Assembly: GCF_001194135.2 (NCBI RefSeq)
Contig: NC_068992.1
Location: 13,751,584 to 13,815,583 of the forward strand
DNA: 64,000 nucleotides
Direction: 5' to 3'
Source: Octopus bimaculoides
Lineage: Eukaryota
Shown in pieces: positions 38,303 through 52,828 of this stretch (positions are counted from its first letter, which is position 1; every line of letters begins with the position of its first letter). The notes beneath the pieces were generated by a model that saw only the letters and a list, made by a program, of their open reading frames with translations, had not been told where the DNA came from and made no database searches. A program made the translations under genes and the position numbers.

Positions 38303-39074
38303 CATACAGGAAAAGTATAGGTTTCAGGGAGAATCGTGTATTTCGTGGATATCCCTAAACTTCAAACAACCAGATGACGATATTTGAGCTAACAGCTCTA
38401 CTGCCAATTTTACTAATAAAAATGGCAACTGTAGATGTAACAGAACGAATCATTTTGTGAGAGAAGAGAGTTTTTGGATAGTAATTAAAATGTGTTGCTG
38501 TTAGTGACGTCCATGAGTTTATTCTCGTGTTCCGACGCTTTTCCGATTTCTTTTTTCAATCCACCTATTTACGACCAGGAACGTATAGCTGTAGACATCT
38601 GCTGCAATTACAACTAATGTTAAAGAGAGATAGCTGAAAACCGGTGGCCATAGACAAGTTGAAAAATAAAAATGAAGAATAGTAAACAGCAACAGTGACA
38701 GGTACTAAATCACATATCATCAGTGGATATTATTTTGCGAACGCAACTAGGAAATAAACATAGCAGTAAATTGCTAGGGTGAGGACGAGAATAAATATAG
38801 GAAAAACAAGCATGAAAAGATCAGGTTTAATGGTATACATAAAAAAAACACTGAAAGAGACATATTCCAAACTTGAAAGGAAGAAAATATTGCATTATCT
38901 GTGGAGTGGTGTTATGCGAAAAAGATGATTTTATAATTAAAACAGTAAAAAAAATCATTAAGATTTTGAAGGCCAAACAGTCTTACTTCTGTGTTTGTAA
39001 ATATGATTAGCGTACCAAAACACTTCTATCTCGAGCAGAATAAAGAGTGATGGTATATATGAGTACGTGTTTGG

Positions 39075-39122
<48 letters not shown>

Positions 39123-39484
39123 TGTGTGTGTGTCTACGAGCGCAGGTTTTTGTTTTAATCGCAAGTATAAAAATCTGAAATTTACGGGTCAACGTAGGGT
39201 CAAACAATTTCTATCTATCCATCTATTTCGTATTGATAGATGCAAATATTCTCTCTATAAACACAAACGAATTTTATAGCGGCCAGAAACGATATGGTTC
39301 ATGAGAGAGTTCCACATCCCTCAAATTTTATACTATTAAAAATCACACATATGTGGACACCGTTAAATGCATTAATATCAAAATAAACAAACCTTTAGAC
39401 GTTCAATGCATTTTCAACGTCATCTATTGCTTTAATACAACAGCTTGTCCAAATTTGTACGAGTAATCGTTTATTCTTTTATCA

Positions 39485-39677
39485 TTTACCTTGTTCCAAT
39501 CATTTGACTGCAACTATGCTGGAGTACCGCCTTGAACTTATTTCTTAAGCATACTACTTGTTCTATCGTTCTTTTTCGCCGACCCGCTATGTCACAACGA
39601 TGTAAGCACATCAACACCGGATGTAAAGCGATGACGAGGAGCAAACACAGACAGTCACACACACACACACATATAGC

Positions 39678-39712
<35 letters not shown>

Positions 39713-39806
39713 AGGCTTTATTCGACTCGAGGCTATAATGAAAGAAACTTGGCTATGGTGCCACGCAGTCGATCTGAACCCGGGACCATGTGGTTGGGAA
39801 GCCAGC
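39485..39806 (-). mobile_element. SINE family A, 5'-truncated, diverged
   Basis: catttgactgcaactatgctggagtaccgcc...cgaggctataatgaaagaaacttggctatggtgccacgcag...gggaccatgtggttggg. Confidence 0.85.
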
Positions 39807-42093
39807 ATCATATATTTATATATATATGTAAATAATATATACATATTGTATTACCTTTCTGAAAACTGAAAAACAGTATTATTTAAATATGAAGAATAAA
39901 TAGAAGACACTGAAAACTGGGCTGCATTTACTTGCACAATAGGAAATAAAGAACAAGAATTTGTGAAACTGAAAACAAAATTGAATGAAAATACAAAAAA
40001 AAATGAGCATTAAAATAACAAAATTAGATGAAGTAATTAGAAAAACATTTTATATATATATATATACATATACTGGCTATACATATATATTCTTTTGGTT
40101 GCAATTACCGTAAAGCGATTGACACTTAATGGAAAAGGAAAACTTGACTTTATGTCATAGGTGGATTCAACCCTTCATGTGATGTAAAGAATTTTTGTCC
40201 TATATTCTCCGAGTTGATAAATACACGTGCAACTATAAAACCGGTAATATAATCTAACAGAATGTGTTTTTATTACTGATAATTATTGGTACGCTCATGC
40301 GTGTTATGGTTGGAAAAAATCATTGATTTTGAAACAAGTATTAACGAAAGACATAATTAGAAAAGAAACACATATTTTGTTATCTACACGACAAAATTAC
40401 AAAATATTCTTGAAGAAAGGAAGTATGGCTGAATTTCTCTCCGGGGTATAACGGGTGCATCAAAAGTTAAGTATTAATGAATAAAAATGTCTTTTGAACC
40501 AGAGAATTTCTAGCCAAGAAACCACCTTTATATGGAGAATTGATTATAACCAAATCTCCCAGAAGAAATTTGAAGCCGCTAATACAAACTGCGTTATTTC
40601 TCCAATATTTGCCTTTAATAATTTGATTTACGATTGGAATAATACAAGAGCTTTTAATTTAATTAGCTGTTTTCCCGAAGCGGTTCATTAGGTGAAAGTT
40701 AGATATGCCCCTGGGTTCTATTTTGGTTGTCAAATAGCAGCGAAGAATTTTTGTTCTGACTACTAACCCAATAAATATGATTTAGTTTTGTTGATTCATT
40801 TTAATTTGGATCTGTGGATTGCGAATGAAATATCAAAAAGAGAAGCAGCTATATACGTTTTGACATGTGCCATCATGGTAGGTGTCAAGAGTATATAACC
40901 GACTCATAAACGATCGCACTAGATTATTTATATACACACAAAAATTCATTTTATTCTGTCATTTAATATGGAGAAATGCATAAATTCATTTTTCATTGTT
41001 AACATATTTCGTTTTAATCTTGGATAAATTTATAGCTTCAAGTTCAGCCAATGTTTGTGAGAATTTTATCAAATATATATGTTTGTTTTTGTAAACGAAA
41101 AAAAAAACCAGAACCAATTTAATTAAATAACTACCAAATATTATATACCAGAAAAACGGCTCAATGTGAGAATGTGAAATTTTAAAGTTCTGTCAATACA
41201 TGTAGGCGTTCAATTCATTGTTTGATTCTTTCCAAGCTGTCATTAAAAAGTACGTTTTTTCCCAGCTTAAACTGCAGGAGCTATACAATCATCATTATAT
41301 TGTCTAATACACAAGATTATCTATAAAGACACAGTTGCTGCAAAATGTTACTGGTTAGCAGTACGACTATGGAGAAATGTATATCGAATCAAGAACTTTC
41401 AGATGCTTATCATCTTACAAACACAAAAAACATTAAGCTTGTTAGGAACAGTATTCCGTTTGTAGAACAAATATAAGTAGAGTGAAGTGAAGCCACTACT
41501 TTTCTGAATGAATGTGAAAAACGATTTCGAGGAAGATATGTCTGTAATAACTGGATGCGTTACACATGTCGAATCAGTCTGAAATTACTTCATATGTTAC
41601 TACTTTTTCTTTTTCTTTTTTCTACCTTTTTAGTTACATTTTCTCCCTGACCGCAGACCAATAGCATTCCACGACCTGAATGTCTCAATTCAGACAATAT
41701 ACATGTCCAAAGATACATTATGCTTCTTTCTCATGGGGTACTGTATAATTTTTCAATGTTCGCAGTATTAATGCTCAGAAAACGCAGGGAGTTTCGATAA
41801 TGAATGTCAAAATAATTGAAATTATATATATAATTTTGTCCATTGGACAGGAATCTTTAATGATATGATATCTGATATGAACCAAAATCATTTAATTCAG
41901 GCATGTAGACGATTCACATCTCGCACAGACGCAGTTATTGATGTTGAATGTAGCGGCATAGCAAAATGTTATATAATCTATTTTATATGTACAATTGTTC
42001 ATTTTATTAAGTTCTTTCCTGTTGTTATATGGATGTTTTTCTAAGCAAAAACAAATTTGTCCTCAAATACTTTGCTCATTTATTCCGCCCCAG

Positions 42094-42192
42094 CGGGCGG
42101 TTAATTTGTATTTTGTACGGGTCGCTGCAACGTCATTATACAGTTCAGGGGAAGCTACTCTGACTTATTTCAAAATGCGAGTGCATGACGTG
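42094..42192 (+). CDS. Candidate 99-nt symmetric exon (RAVNLYFVRVAATSLYSSGEATLTYFKMRVHDV)
   Basis: Acceptor tttattccgccccag|, donor G|gtaact, single open frame. The Y.V.V.AT...ATLT..V.DV pattern resembles the C-terminal strands of a cadherin or FN3-type beta-sandwich (inference). Confidence 0.3.
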
Positions 42193-42354
42193 GTAACTCT
42201 AGCGTAAAAGGTGTTTTTACCGAATTCAATATTCCACTATTCTCTGGTCATTGAGTACTTGCTCTTCGGATTGCTATCCAGCAGCGCACTTTAAACACAG
42301 AGAATATGTGTGCGTCTGTGCGTGAGTATGTGTGCATGTATGTATGACTGTGTG

Positions 42355-42404
<50 letters not shown>

Positions 42405-43074
42405 TGTATGCATATATATATGTATATGTATATGTATATATACGTAAATATATATCGCAGTGTACATTTTTGATTTTGTTTCTTTATGCGTAAATGTATC
42501 ATATGCTTATTCTATTCGACATAATGTACAAAGTTGCGAGCAATTTGTACTTATGTCGATAATATTGAAGCTAATATTTATTTAACTACAATTTATGTAA
42601 AATAAGGAAGTCGTATCGGATATTAATTTTGTATGAATGTTACGTTCTGTGGAACATATAAGTTAATAGCGTGCTATCACTTTGGAAGGAATGAGGACAG
42701 GAAGTCTGGATATAATTAATGGAAAATAATAGCGAAAGTTATAAAGCTTACAATATTTATATATTTAAATATTCAATAGAAAAACTTCCATCTTCCACCG
42801 ACGAAGATCTTGCAAAACATGATTTTAAAAGAAGGCTGTTGACATGGGATTCATTGTCAAGTGTATAATTGGATTAAATATTTAAAAAATCAAAGTAACA
42901 CTTTGCTACCATTACTTACAATATGAAGCTAATAACCCCAAAATGTTTGAGGCATCGAGATGAAAAAATGTATGATACAGTTATACGTGAAGGAGAAAGA
43001 AGTGAAGAAAATGATAGGGGACCGAGAGCTATTGGTCTGTTGCGGGAAGGATAGAAAATTACAATATATTAATG

Positions 43075-43365
43075 GTACGTACATTCCAGAGATTTTGAGA
43101 CATTTTGAAGAGAGACGTTAATTAATTCCAAAGAAGTACACAACTCTAAACCCCTTCAAAATATGATTCTCTGACTTAAATGCATTTGTTGTAACACTTC
43201 AGTTACTTCGCAAAGGACCCACGAAAATCCTCCAAAATGTAGGTGTCCTGGAGCCTTCTTATAGACTCCTACATCTGCTTCTTCAAGTTCGGAAGAAAGG
43301 TCTGAGTTACAGGGAGGGTGTGGGAAAGTTTTCATGCTCATCTTCGTCAAGTGGTTGACTATTTC
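43075..43365 (-). mobile_element. Mariner 3' end (transposase C-terminus + TIR), internally deleted
   Basis: KTFPHPPCNSDLS (YSPDL motif); the terminal part resembles the YNKCIEVRGSYFEG end of mariner transposases; TIR-like gtacattccagagattttgagac at about 43075-43100. Confidence 0.75.
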
Positions 43366-43783
43366 CCCAAGAAACTTGATGAAGGTTGGAGGGTATATCA
43401 ACCGAATGGTTGTGTTAAAAACAAACAAGATGGGGACAAATATCCGTCAAATAATGTAAATAATGTATTTAATTCCTCATCTCTTAAATATAGAACTGTA
43501 TTAACTTACAGAAATGTTTTGTCTATAGTAATTAAATGTTTGTTCGGCACTCCCACTATTCGCTCACTCTCTCACTCAAATCAGTGTTGTCTAAATAGGT
43601 GGACGGCATATCACATGTCAGGCGTCGGAGTGATCGCAGAGCAGCAGCAGACAAAGTATTTAGATCGAAACCACAAAATATCCAGCAACCCGTGAATCGA
43701 AACTACGGCTTTACGACTGAGAATCAAATAACCAAATTTATATACCACAAGCCTTCCAACACACACAACCGTGCTATATATAT

Positions 43784-44109
43784 CTCTTTTACTTGTTTCA
43801 GTCATTTGACTGCGGCCATGCTGGAGCACCGCCTTTAGTCGAGCAAATCGACCCCAGGACTTATTCTTTGTAAGCCTAGTACTTATTCTATCGGTCTCTT
43901 TTGCCGAACCGCTATGTTACGGGGACGTAAACACACCAGCATCGGTTGTAAAGCGATGTTGGGAGGACAAACACAGACACACAAACACGCACACACACAC
44001 ACACATATATATATACATATATATACGACGGGCTTCGTTCAGTTTCCGTCTACCAAATCCACTCACAAGGCTTTGGTCGGCCCGAGGCTATAGTAGAAGA
44101 CACTTGCCC
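43784..44109 (-). mobile_element. SINE family A, young copy, head lost in gap
   Basis: Near-identical to the reverse complement of the 3823-4240 3' and CORE-like regions; ends at the N-gap at 44110. Confidence 0.92.
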
Positions 44110-44253
44110 NNNNNNNNNNNNNNNNNNNNNNNNNNNNNNNNNNNNNNNNNNNNNNNNNNNNNNNNNNNNNNNNNNNNNNNNNNNNNNNNNNNNNNNNNNN
44201 NNNNNNNNNNNNNNNNNNNNNNNNNNNNNNNNNNNNNNNNNNNNNNNNNNNNN

Positions 44254-44287
<34 letters not shown>

Positions 44288-44626
44288 TGTATGTATGTAT
44301 AAATGTGTGCGTGTGTTTGCGTGTATTTGTGTATATATATATATTTCTGCACGCGTATGTACTTAATGATATTAAACTTAGATATGATTTGCAGAATTTA
44401 ATACAATATTCCTATTAAATCTCTAATAAACCAATAAACCTATTATAGTAACTTGTCAAAATTTAACTATTGCATAATTTCATTCAGTATATTAGATTTC
44501 ATGTTATTCGTTTCATACGTTAGAATATATTATTGATGACGTTAGAAATCCTATTAATAGTTTTGCTTCAAAATCGATTATGGAATTCAATTATTTTGGG
44601 GACTAAACACTGACAAATATGTAAAA

Positions 44627-44950
44627 GCCGATAGCTCAAGGGTTAGAGCGTTGGGATTACAATCGTGCAGTTGTGATTCCGATTCCCTGACCAGGCTCTT
44701 CGTTGTGTTCTTGAGTAAGACATTTTATTCCCCTTTGCTGCAGTTCACTCAGCTGTGGAAATGAGCTGCAACGTCACTAGTATCAAGTTGTGTCGGTATT
44801 TGCCTTTCACTTGGATAACATCGGTTGCGTGGAGAGGGTAGGCCGGTACGCATGGGTGACTGCTGTCCTTCAACAAAACAACCATGTTGAGACTTGTGCC
44901 TTAGAGGGGAACTTTCTAGGCGCAATCCCATAGTCATTCGGAACCCTTTT
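44627..44950 (+). mobile_element. tRNA-derived SINE family C
   Basis: tRNA-like head GCCGATAGCTCAAGGGTTAGAGCG, CORE-like GTTGTGTTCTTGAGTAAGACATTTTAT, and a body shared with 30288-30575. Confidence 0.8.
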
Positions 44951-45421
44951 ACACTCAGAAATTCACACAAACAGACGCATACGGATTCACCTGCTCTTAT
45001 GCACGTGTACATATATGTGTGCGTGTACGTATATGTGTGTGTGTGTGCGTGTGTATGTTTTTCGTAATTATATATTCAATTATATATTCAATATATACAC
45101 ATGTGTGTGTGAGTGTGTGTGCGTGTCTGTGTTTGTGGATGAATATATATATATATATATAGCTATTGAGGATAGTAGAGTAGAATAAGACGCGAAATTA
45201 TCCCCCGTCTGTTAGAGATCTTGAAATGGAAAATGTTATGGTGTCCATCAACATAGCTTTCCTCATAAGGTATTATGAGGTTGAGCCAATAATATGGGAA
45301 AATCAAAATTCTCAAATGTCTATTAGTTGAGTCAAATCTTAGACCGACTCATATACAAATGCACGTTCAAGTGCTCTAATAATTGAACTTAACTGTTAGG
45401 TTTACATCAACTGCAGATATA

Positions 45422-46240
45422 CAAGGTTCATTCAAGACGTTTTGAGACATTTTCAGGAAAGACAATTATTAATTTCAAAGTGTCTTAAAAAAGAACTATA
45501 CTTGAGATTCTCCTAAAGCTTGGAAAAAACAACTAAAATTTACAGTGAGCAAGATCTATAATGAAGGGAGGGTGAGGTACAGCTTTCCTGCATATTCCTG
45601 TCAAGTAATTGGCTACCATGATAGAACTTTGGAGTGGTTCAATATCCTGGTGCAGGTGCCACCGATCAATCCGAATGGATGATCACTGACTTTTTGCGAC
45701 TAAATCTCTATCTGAACTCCCTCAAAATCTCCACAATGTACTCTTTGTTGAACGTCGAGCCAGAAGAAACCAAGTAAAGATAGATTATGTTTTTGCTGGG
45801 AAAAAAAGGCTATCATGAGTTTCCAGGTTGGCCCTGAGTTCTAGCACCTGGAGGAGCCAGAATGCTTCCATTGGGCACACTGTCTCTTGATGTTTGGATC
45901 ATAACAGTCGATCTAGCTTTCCTCATCAGAGACACAAGTACTCTCAAATTGGAAAGAATGATCTCAACCGTCTCCCAACTGTCAATTTCTTTCTCTTCGT
46001 CACTGAGCACCTCGGGAAAAGGTTCTTGTCTTTCAAGATACACGGTGATTTCCATCCAGAAAATTTTGAATTTTCTTAAGCAGCTACCCTCCTTGAACCT
46101 CTTGTGCTATTGTGTAACAGAGGCACTTGCCATACAAGTTAATCCATAAGCGGTCTGGAGTATTTCTTTAACAGTTTTTCACGGTGTAACACAAAATAGT
46201 TCAGAAGTTATATCATATGCCAACATTCGACCAGTGTCTT
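45422..46240 (-). mobile_element. Near-complete decayed mariner (DD34D-type) transposon
   Basis: Minus strand: ILQTAYG...HKRFKEG; DEES*IDCYDPNIKRQCAQWKHSGS (GDETW.YCYDPETK); KLMIAFFF...GSTFNKEYIVEILREFR; KAVPHPP...DLAHC. 3' TIR tacaaggttcattcaagacgttttgagac with TA at 45420-45421; same family as 43075-43365. Confidence 0.88.
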
Positions 46241-48734
46241 TCCTTGGTATTACAGAGAAAGCGATGATCTACCAACAAATCGTTCTCCCTTCTGCAAGCA
46301 GAATTATTCAGTGTTACATAATTTTATAAGAATAACCTGATACATATTATAAAAACAAAAAAGAACACTAAATTTTATTGCAGCCACTCAGTTTCAACAT
46401 CATACTCCAGTCCATGAAGTACAAACAGAAGTATAAATAGGATCCTAGCAGAGCGGAAGGATGCATTCTGAAGACATATTATACTACTCAGCTGAGTAAT
46501 ATGGTATTTCTGTGCCTTTTATCTGTCGCGACATATTATTCAGGCTGTCATGGAAACCAATTTTGCACCCAACAACTAATAATTGTCATTTATAATATAT
46601 ATACATATTTCTCATATTCGACCATTTTACTTTTATATCGATATTTATATTGTTTTATAATACATTGAAAACTGGAACGTTTAATTATGTTTACGTGTAA
46701 ATCATAAACTTTAGATGATAACAAACAACATTCCGGGAATTGACGAGAATAGAAAATTATTGAGACTACAGAATATAAAATTCTGATTCGATTACAAATA
46801 TGTGATATTTTGCAAAATGTAAATACTTCTACATAAGTAGTCATATATATGTGCGAGCGTATATATATATATATATATATACACGCACGCACACACGCAC
46901 GCACACACACACACACACATACACACACACACTCACACACACCCACACGTATATATATATATATATATGCACACACATACACTCACATATACATATACAT
47001 ATACGTTATATACCTGCATAAATATATATATGTATTCACATACACACACGCAAACGCTCACATGTAAATGGATACATACATATGTGTGTGTATATATGTC
47101 CGTATGTATATATGTATGTATATGCCACTGTGGATGGATGTGCGTGTGGATGACACTATGCACATGTAAATATATGAGCGTTCACAATTTCAACATGTGT
47201 ATGATACATACGCACACAAACACACACATACGCATACACAAACAAAGCACACATACGCACGAAGACTGGCACCACATCTCTAGTTTGTGTTTGTCTCACT
47301 GTGTGTGTGAGGGAGGAGTTTGATTAATTGATTGAACTTGACTTTGGAAGCTCGCCTCAGGACTCAGACAACCGCCCGAGGATACAAAAGATAGCTTTTT
47401 GATTTTCAAAATACCAATAAGCAATGTTTATGTTTGTGACACTCGGTTTTTCGGTATGACATTCACCTTAGTTGTGTGCAGTTGCTATCTGAAGGTTTAG
47501 GTCAAATTTTTTTGAAACATTAGGGAAATTATGCAAACATTTTGATTTGATAACCTCAACTATGTCCATAATGTACGTCAAGATAGAAACATCATTTTGG
47601 AATAGTTGTATTTCATTACTACAACATGATATTGTCGTCAAAATGAAGGAATCATATGCTGCGTATTTTCTTTCTTTTCTGAATATCGGGTCATCTATCA
47701 GTCGTATAGAAATCACTAGGCTATCATTTTAAATCACCACTTTATAGAACATAATGTTTTGTAGAGCATATTTTTTATTTGCTTTTCAAAGTATAATATA
47801 TGTTCCTATGCCTTACAACCATCAGATTTTATCGTGAATGCACGTAATAAATACACATCTACTTATATCCATTATGAAGTTGTTGTAGCTTATATCATTT
47901 TGCTTCTTACTTTCTTCTTCCGCAATTCCGAATGGCCTTCACAAACAGCTTCAACCTAAACGAAAATATTTACTTAATCGCTGCATTTCCTTAAGTAGGT
48001 GTTCCTACTATTTATTTTCCTTTGTGTCATTTATATAAACTCTTATAGTTGTGTGTATTGTTTGCAAAAGATCTCCATTTATAAGGAAGAAATTGTATAT
48101 TGATCTCCAAAACTTATTGTAACTAAATACAAATACATTGGACCTAATATAATATGTGCTTTTACTTCAGATATTTGTGAATGAGTAAGGCAGAGTTTTC
48201 TTGGCAAAAGAATTTTAAAAACGAATAACATATTTACATTATTGAGATATCTCTCGTTTTTATCATTCCCCTTTCTCCCTTCCTCGGTTTAGAAAGAGTT
48301 ACAATGTTTATGATACAAGTATTACCGGTGTGCCAGGTGGAAGTCGAACGTTTCCGTCGGTTCTCATCTCGGGTGGTGAGATCAAGTTATTTTGCCGAAC
48401 AGCGATAAAAATTTATTCATTACATATAAAAAGAAAGCAATTACATTTTATGAAAACTAGTTATAGCCTGTTGCGACAACTATAGAAATCAGATCAAATA
48501 AACAAAATTCTTAGTATAGAAACATATTTATTTTATCTTTACTATGTTCCAGAAAAGTTTTATAAACTCATAAGAATAAATTATCAGCGTCGAAGCAGTA
48601 TAAGTATCAAAAGGCAATCTGTATACCCAACTTAATGTTAATGTTACAACACCGTATTCGGGGTTCTCTCTGATTAAGTGTGTGTCTCTGTGTGTCTGTC
48701 TCTGTGGGTCTGTCTGAGTGTGTATGACTGAGTC

Positions 48735-48945
48735 TGTGTGTGTGTCTGTCTTTGTCACTCTCCCCCATTTGACAACCGGGGTTAGTGTGTTTACGTGCCT
48801 ATAACTTAGTGATTCGACAAAAGGGTCCGATGGAATAAGTACCTGGCTTAAAAAAACGTACTGTTTGCGATTCGTTGGACTAAAACTCCTTCACCGTAGT
48901 GTCCCAGCATGGCTGCAGTCTGACATTTGTAACAACTAAAAGATT
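48735..48945 (+). mobile_element. SINE family A 3' half, diverged
   Basis: ttgacaaccggggttagtgtgtttacgtgcctataacttag...gaataagtacc...cccagcatggctgcagtc. Confidence 0.75.
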
Positions 48946-49146
48946 AAAATGTAATATATATATATATATATATATATGGCAAGGCAACAAAAGTATGAAA
49001 GAGACCTCGATATTATGTAAACAGAGGAATTTATCTGTAAATATAATAGGTGACAATTATTCGGTAGCCATGATAAAACTCCAAGCTTCGGATGTCGGGG
49101 CGGAAACCCACGCGGGCATCTTTTCAGTTATAATATAGTAGAAGCA

Positions 49147-49640
49147 ATAGCCGCTCATAATAAAAAGGAATACTGGTGGAATGTACCAGTGAAGACCTCA
49201 ATAAAATGTAAGCACAACATACCTGATATAGTGATTTGGCATAGAGAAGAGAAACAGTGCACAGTTGTGGAAGTAGCTGCCCGGCAGATGTTAAAATAAA
49301 ACTGAAGATCAGTGAAAAAAGAACAGTTACGCTGAACTATTGAGAAATCTACAGTTGCCCTATGCAGATTAAAAATTCAGATTTATACCTGTAATTATTG
49401 GGGCTCTGGGATATGCAATACACTGCCTAAATACCAATCTTGAGAAATTAGGCTTCCCAAACAAGAAATTAGAAAGCTAATTCGAAGACTACAGATCCAG
49501 TCCATCACCAGAAGTGTGAAATACAGTAAAACGTACCAGAAATTTATCATTTAAATATGAGTATATCTAGATATGCAACTATATGCATGAGAATAAATAC
49601 ATAAAACATACAAATTTGCACTTACATACATATATACATA
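49147..49640 (+). mobile_element. RLE-type (R2/R4/NeSL-group) LINE 3' end: restriction-like endonuclease domain + 3' UTR
   Basis: KEYWWNVPVKTSIKCKHNIPDIVIWHREEKQCTVVEV.CPAD...FIPVIIGALG: the PD-(D/E)xK signature of RLE non-LTR elements; two frameshifts; stop at 49552-49554. Confidence 0.88.
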
Positions 49641-49778
49641 CAAACAATAATCGCTTGTTGTTGATGTTGAAATTCCAATGAAGGAACCTTGGATCTAGGT
49701 TAGAAACCGGTTCTTTCTTTATTGGAAAGAAACCTTGAAGTAAACTGAATACTGGCATGCATACATTCATAAATGTAT

Positions 49779-49912
49779 AACGGGGACGTTGGAAATAAGT
49801 ATACACGCCTGTAGTTCATAATAATAAGTATTTCGCTCCGAGAACGAACCGTAAGACTTGGCTTGTTGCGGCTGTTCATCAAGAGAGTTTTCATCCCTTT
49901 CAACAATCTGTT
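49779..49912 (-). mobile_element. Possible mariner 3' terminus
   Basis: TIR-like aacggggacgttggaaataagt after TA; the reverse strand gives QIVERDENSLDE, like the mariner C-terminal QKIVEQNG.Y motif. Confidence 0.35.
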
Positions 49913-50221
49913 TTTCATTACAATCCTTGTTCGATTTTGAAGTATCTACACTGCAGGGTCAAATATATTTTTACATTCTAGGCATACATATTTACTTAAG
50001 AATTCTCCGGACATAAGCAATCTGTGATTTACTTAATATGTATGAATGAATATACGTTTGTGAATGTGTGTAAGAGTTGTATATAGTTGTACGCACGCAC
50101 GCACGCACAGACACACATACTTGTTAGATTTAAATAACGAGAAGTTGTCAACTTTAAGAACAACAAATATTATTTATCAAGGGAATATTACTACGTTGTT
50201 TTTCTTTCGTTTATATTCTCT

Positions 50222-50296
<75 letters not shown>

Positions 50297-52688
50297 TTAT
50301 GCGCGTATACACCTTTGGTTTTTCCTGCGTACATGCGATTGCACGTCCCTATATGGTTCGTTTGCGTGCGCATGTATGCGCCTACGTGCGGTACGAGAGA
50401 CGTAATAGTTGTAATGTTGATTCAGAGATGATTGCTGTTTGGAAATATTCTGCAGAACTATTTTAATTTTTAATTTTTTCCATCTTTTATATATGACGTT
50501 ATTGTTAAAGTAATTTTCCAACTTTTGACAAGCGTACAAAACTTACAAATATCAGAGGGAAAAAAAATACTAAACTTTTTCTCAAAGAAATGAAATTGCA
50601 ATTTTGCATAGTCCTTATCTTCTATTCACATATGCCTTAACTATTTTTTCTTAGCTTGTATAATTTTACGATTAAAAAAGTAACGCCAAAAATTCTTCTT
50701 TAAATGTATTTTTATGTATATTTGGAAAATTTATTTACTATTTTTGAGCTGGGTTTTCGTTTTTTATGAATTTCAAATTTCAAATAAGTTTATAAGATCG
50801 AAATATAGTTGTTTTTTTTTTCCAACTATTTTAGTTCGATAGCATTGCTGAGTTTTTTCGAAGGTTGTGTTTTTTTGTTATTTATTTCTCTTCCTTTCAT
50901 TAATTTGTTATCTAGAAGAATGCGCAAAAAGCCAATTAAACATCCTGTCTTCTGAATGGATATTTCGATTTTTCCTACTTTCTTATAATATTATATTTTT
51001 TCGTATTTACCAAAGCATTTACACTTTTTTTTTACTATATACTATATAAAGTGTCATAAGATAATATAATCAACTTGTAGCTATCTTTGTATAATGAGAT
51101 GCTACAGACGTTAAATCATTAGATTAAAATGAACTGCACTACTTCGTGTTGCGCCTATATGTCTTGCAAGTTCAAGTCTTTCACACGCCTGCTTTAGTAG
51201 TAAACCATCTTCTGTAAAATACTGAGACCCCGCTTAATATAAAATGTATCTCCTTTAATAAATATATTTATATATACACACCAAGCAATGGGAAAGTTTT
51301 GGAAATTTAGTTATCATTTATTTCTGGAAAATATGGTATTCAAATTAGTTTCCCTTATTTCAGTAGACACATCAAGTCTGCAACAGTCTCGTGTACTTCA
51401 TTTATACAGGTAATCTAGCTACTCTACCTAGGCAATATTTCCGTTAATATTCACGCCGATGGTAGCGCATGTCACTGCGGTTTGGGCAGTGGGCTCACAA
51501 ACATTAGTTCAAGAGTTTGACTCTGTGTTGTCTTTGAATATATATCTTCCTTTTCGTTGCCTCAGCACACTCAACTGAAAGTGGCAGGTTATACAGTGAA
51601 AGACTTACATCATATTCCACCGCATAATTTATCCGGAGACCCTTAGAATTTCTAATAACATGTGTCTGCAGGCTCAAGGTAGATCATTTTTCAATATGAA
51701 CTACAAAGAGGACTGTATACATCTTTTGTTGACTCACATAGATGAATACTGCCCTCGTAATATAGCACAACACTTTAACGACTTCGATAATACGGATTCG
51801 CCATATCTAGTCTGCTTAGACACAACAGATAACTTAGAGGAACGGCTGTCGGTATTCTGTGGGTGGAGAAATTGTAAAATGGAAGCTTAGTATTAAAACA
51901 ATTGTGTTGGAGGTACTTGCTTTGGATTCGAGCTATGATAACCTGAGTTAAATCGTACCGAGATGATATGGAACAAACTGGTTGCAGAGACGGAATTTGA
52001 ACTGATGAACTAAGTGTTTTGTGTTAATAAAGGATACTTATGCACTGGTCTCCTGATGCTTATGCAATAAATCAACCAAATAACAAAGGGGCTCAACTCT
52101 AATTCGCAGACTACTGTCGGAAGTAAACTGCAAAACAGGTGTGTTACAATATAAAGCTGTGTACATATACATGGGTGCATATATAAATATCTCGCCTATA
52201 TGATGTGCTTGCATGTCACTTTCATGCAGAAATGCATATGCTTCATTATTTCTTATGTATTTCATGCTAGTTTCCGAGTGTCCCTTATGCGCATGCGATT
52301 CTGTACATATATATATTTTATCCATAGAATTCAAATGTAGAAAACTAGGAATATTTTACAAATGTTCACGGTACCGTTCAAAGCCTATTGTTATTTAGAA
52401 GATGCGAAACGGTGTCCTTACTTTTCAAGATTTCGAGACATTTCTACCAATGAATTCTTACATGAAGCAGTGCAGCTCTATTAATCGAAATATGAGACAA
52501 GGTATGTATGCGCTTCATTAAGAATGATGCAGTGAATCTCTCGGTAATGCGGGAGTAACTCCTAACAACTATGTACACACATATGTATTGCAATTTTATA
52601 GAAAATCACATGTATGTCTATAGACACATACTCAGGTCAATGCTCTCACTGCTTCATATTTATATATTGTCTGTGTTTTTGCGTGTAC

Positions 52689-52748
<60 letters not shown>

Positions 52749-52786
52749 ATTTATGCATATATATACATTAATCTGTGCATTATCAC

Positions 52787-52828
<42 letters not shown>

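Noticed and set aside
44627-44700. tRNA-like sequence (also the heads at 3823, 63114 and 63426)
   Set aside because: A-box-like only, with degenerate B-box and stems, and continuous with SINE bodies; these are not tRNA genes.
45813-46055. LINE reverse transcriptase reading of the 80-aa minus ORF
   Set aside because: The adjacent frame clearly gives mariner catalytic motifs (YCYDP, PHPP..DLA); the ORF is an off-frame reading of that element.
51660-51890. 76-aa ORF (…IHLLLTHIDEYCPRNIAQHF…)
   Set aside because: Length is within chance expectation for AT-rich DNA; only a faint resemblance to a DNA-transposon motif; no good donor.
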